Source of the DNA: Candidatus Dormiibacterota bacterium
GTDB taxonomy: Bacteria; Chloroflexota; Dormibacteria; Dormibacterales; Dormibacteraceae
Assembly: GCA_036393875.1 (NCBI GenBank)
Contig: DASWGF010000091.1
Span: 1-44,586, forward strand
Direction: 5' to 3'
DNA length: 44,586 nucleotides
Part shown: one piece after another, positions 43,446 through 44,586 of the stretch
How positions within the stretch are numbered: the stretch's first letter is position 1
Layout of the letters: every line of letters starts with the position of its first letter
The notes under the pieces: model-generated
What the model saw: only the letters and a program-made list of their open reading frames with translations
The model's database searches: none
What the model was told of the DNA's origin: nothing
Program-made: the position numbers and the translations under genes

Positions 43446-44228
43446 ATGCATGTGCTCGTCACCGGAGGAACGGGCGCGTTGGGCCGCCAGGTCGTGAAGC
43501 GCCTTCTCGACACAGGTCATCGCGCGCGAATCCTCAGCCGCCGACAAGCTGAAGGCACAGCTGGCGATTGGGTCCAGGGCGACCTCGTCACCGGGGCGGG
43601 GCTCGAGCTGGCCGTGAAGAACGTCGACGCGATCGTCCACGCGGCCTCCGACGCATCGGCGCCGCGCAAGTACCAGGCCACCGACGTGCTGGGCACGCGG
43701 CGCCTGCTTGCGATGGCGCGAGAGGCCGGTGTCCGCCACGTCGTGTACATCTCGATCGTCGGTATGGAGGGCGTCGCCTATCCGTACTACCGAAGCAAGC
43801 TGGCGGCGGAGGAGGTGATGCGCGAGAATATCGTCCCCTGGTCGATCCTGCGCGCCACGCAGTTCCACACTCTCATGGACATTTTTCTTGACGGCATGAG
43901 CAAGCTTCCCCGCCTCGCGACGGTGCCGTTCAAGTGGCAGTTTCAGCCAGTCGACACAACCGACGTCGCGGCGCGATTGGTGGAGGTCGTCACCGGCGAA
44001 CCGGCAGGGATGCTGCCCGACTTCGGCGGGCCGGAGGTGAGGGATTTCAAAAGCCTGGCCACCTCATGGCTCAAGATCCGCAAGCCGGACAAGCGCCTTG
44101 TCAATCTGTGGCTGCCGTTCAGGTTCAGCCGCCAGTTCGCCGCGGGCCGGCTCCTGTGTCCCGACCATCGCGACGGCACCGTGAAATTCGAGCAGTATTT
44201 GGCCCGGAGATATCCCCCACAGACATGA
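43446..44228 (+). CDS. NAD(P)-binding NmrA/SDR-like (atypical short-chain dehydrogenase) protein
   Basis: The in-frame ATG at 43446 gives MHVLVTGGTGALGRQVVKRLL (Rossmann GxxGxxG), VHAAS and the Y...K context YYRSK. The track ORF start at 43212 lies inside the hydrolase gene in another frame. Confidence 0.82.
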   Translation: MHVLVTGGTGALGRQVVKRLLDTGHRARILSRRQAEGTAGDWVQGDLVTGAGLELAVKNVDAIVHAASDASAPRKYQATDVLGTRRLLAMAREAGVRHVVYISIVGMEGVAYPYYRSKLAAEEVMRENIVPWSILRATQFHTLMDIFLDGMSKLPRLATVPFKWQFQPVDTTDVAARLVEVVTGEPAGMLPDFGGPEVRDFKSLATSWLKIRKPDKRLVNLWLPFRFSRQFAAGRLLCPDHRDGTVKFEQYLARRYPPQT

Positions 44229-44586
44229 AGAACCTCGTCGACCGCTTCGGCCGCACCGGATTTGCCGCCATCACCAGCTTGATCTGGCTCGTGCCCATGG
44301 CAGCCTGGGCCGGATCCGCCGACCTCTCGCCGATCGACAAGACATCTACTCCCGCCATCGCCCTCACGATCGGCGTCTTGATGCTGGTCGTCTGGCTCGT
44401 GCTGGTCGCAAGCCTCGGCCGTTTTCCAGTCTCGAAGCGTCAGCGCCGCTTCGACCTGGCCCAGATGTCGCCATCGGAAAAGCGTTGGACCCTCGCCTGC
44501 ATAGCTTTCGCGCTGGGGCTGATCGCATGGCTCAACGGAGCTGCAACTGTGGATTGGGGCCCACTGGGCTCCGCCATCGGAGCGGG
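44225..44586 (+). CDS. Hypothetical integral membrane protein, 3'-truncated by the window edge
   Basis: ATG 44225 overlaps the preceding stop (ATGA). The frame is open to the end of the window. The translation is MKNLVDRFGRTGFAAITSLIWLVPMAAWAGSADLSPIDKTSTPAIALTIGVLMLVVWLVLVASLGRFPVSKRQRRFDLAQMSPSEKRWTLACIAFALGLIAWLNG, with three hydrophobic helices. It is absent from the track because it has no stop in the window. Confidence 0.6.
   Translation, partial: MKNLVDRFGRTGFAAITSLIWLVPMAAWAGSADLSPIDKTSTPAIALTIGVLMLVVWLVLVASLGRFPVSKRQRRFDLAQMSPSEKRWTLACIAFALGLIAWLNGAATVDWGPLGSAIGA

Overview
This is a GC-rich window, so it is probably from a high-GC bacterium (Actinomycetota- or Chloroflexota-like); no taxon can be fixed from the sequence alone. 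About 78% of it (nt 1-34734, minus strand) is one uninterrupted reading frame that is missing from the supplied ORF track, because its stop codon lies beyond the left edge. That frame holds 11,578 codons in the window. It starts at ATG 34734, or possibly at an SD-spaced CTG at 34752. Every ORF the track lists across this region is an off-frame or antisense shadow ORF. My hand translation reads, from N to C: a hydrophobic signal or anchor segment, alpha/beta modules, a Pro/Thr linker, an alternating FN3/Ig-like stalk, and roughly 11 kb of Gly/Ala/Ser/Thr/Val-rich repeats that look like a beta-helix. That repeat region carries seven CBM5/12-like Trp-flanked inserts, six Cys-pair modules and four polar Lys/Asp/Ser loops. 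It is followed by a tandem array of about 117-aa units organised in 3-unit super-repeats, and then a long C-terminal-ward region with several recurring motifs I cannot name, plus canonical RTX nonapeptides close to the window edge. The architecture is that of a giant (over 1 MDa) fibrillar surface adhesin, and this gene is the main object of interest. The right 10 kb is ordinary. It holds a YdeI-family protein, a PaiB-like FMN-binding protein, an acidic hypothetical protein, a hybrid histidine kinase translationally coupled to a CheY-like receiver, exodeoxyribonuclease III, a stand-alone LigD-type NHEJ polymerase domain, tRNA-Ala(GGC), a dienelactone hydrolase, an NmrA/SDR-like protein and a truncated membrane protein. 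I saw no CRISPR array, rRNA gene or recognisable mobile element. All domain boundaries inside the giant gene come from manual translation and are approximate (about +/-30 nt). Family assignments there are motif-level recognitions, not database hits.
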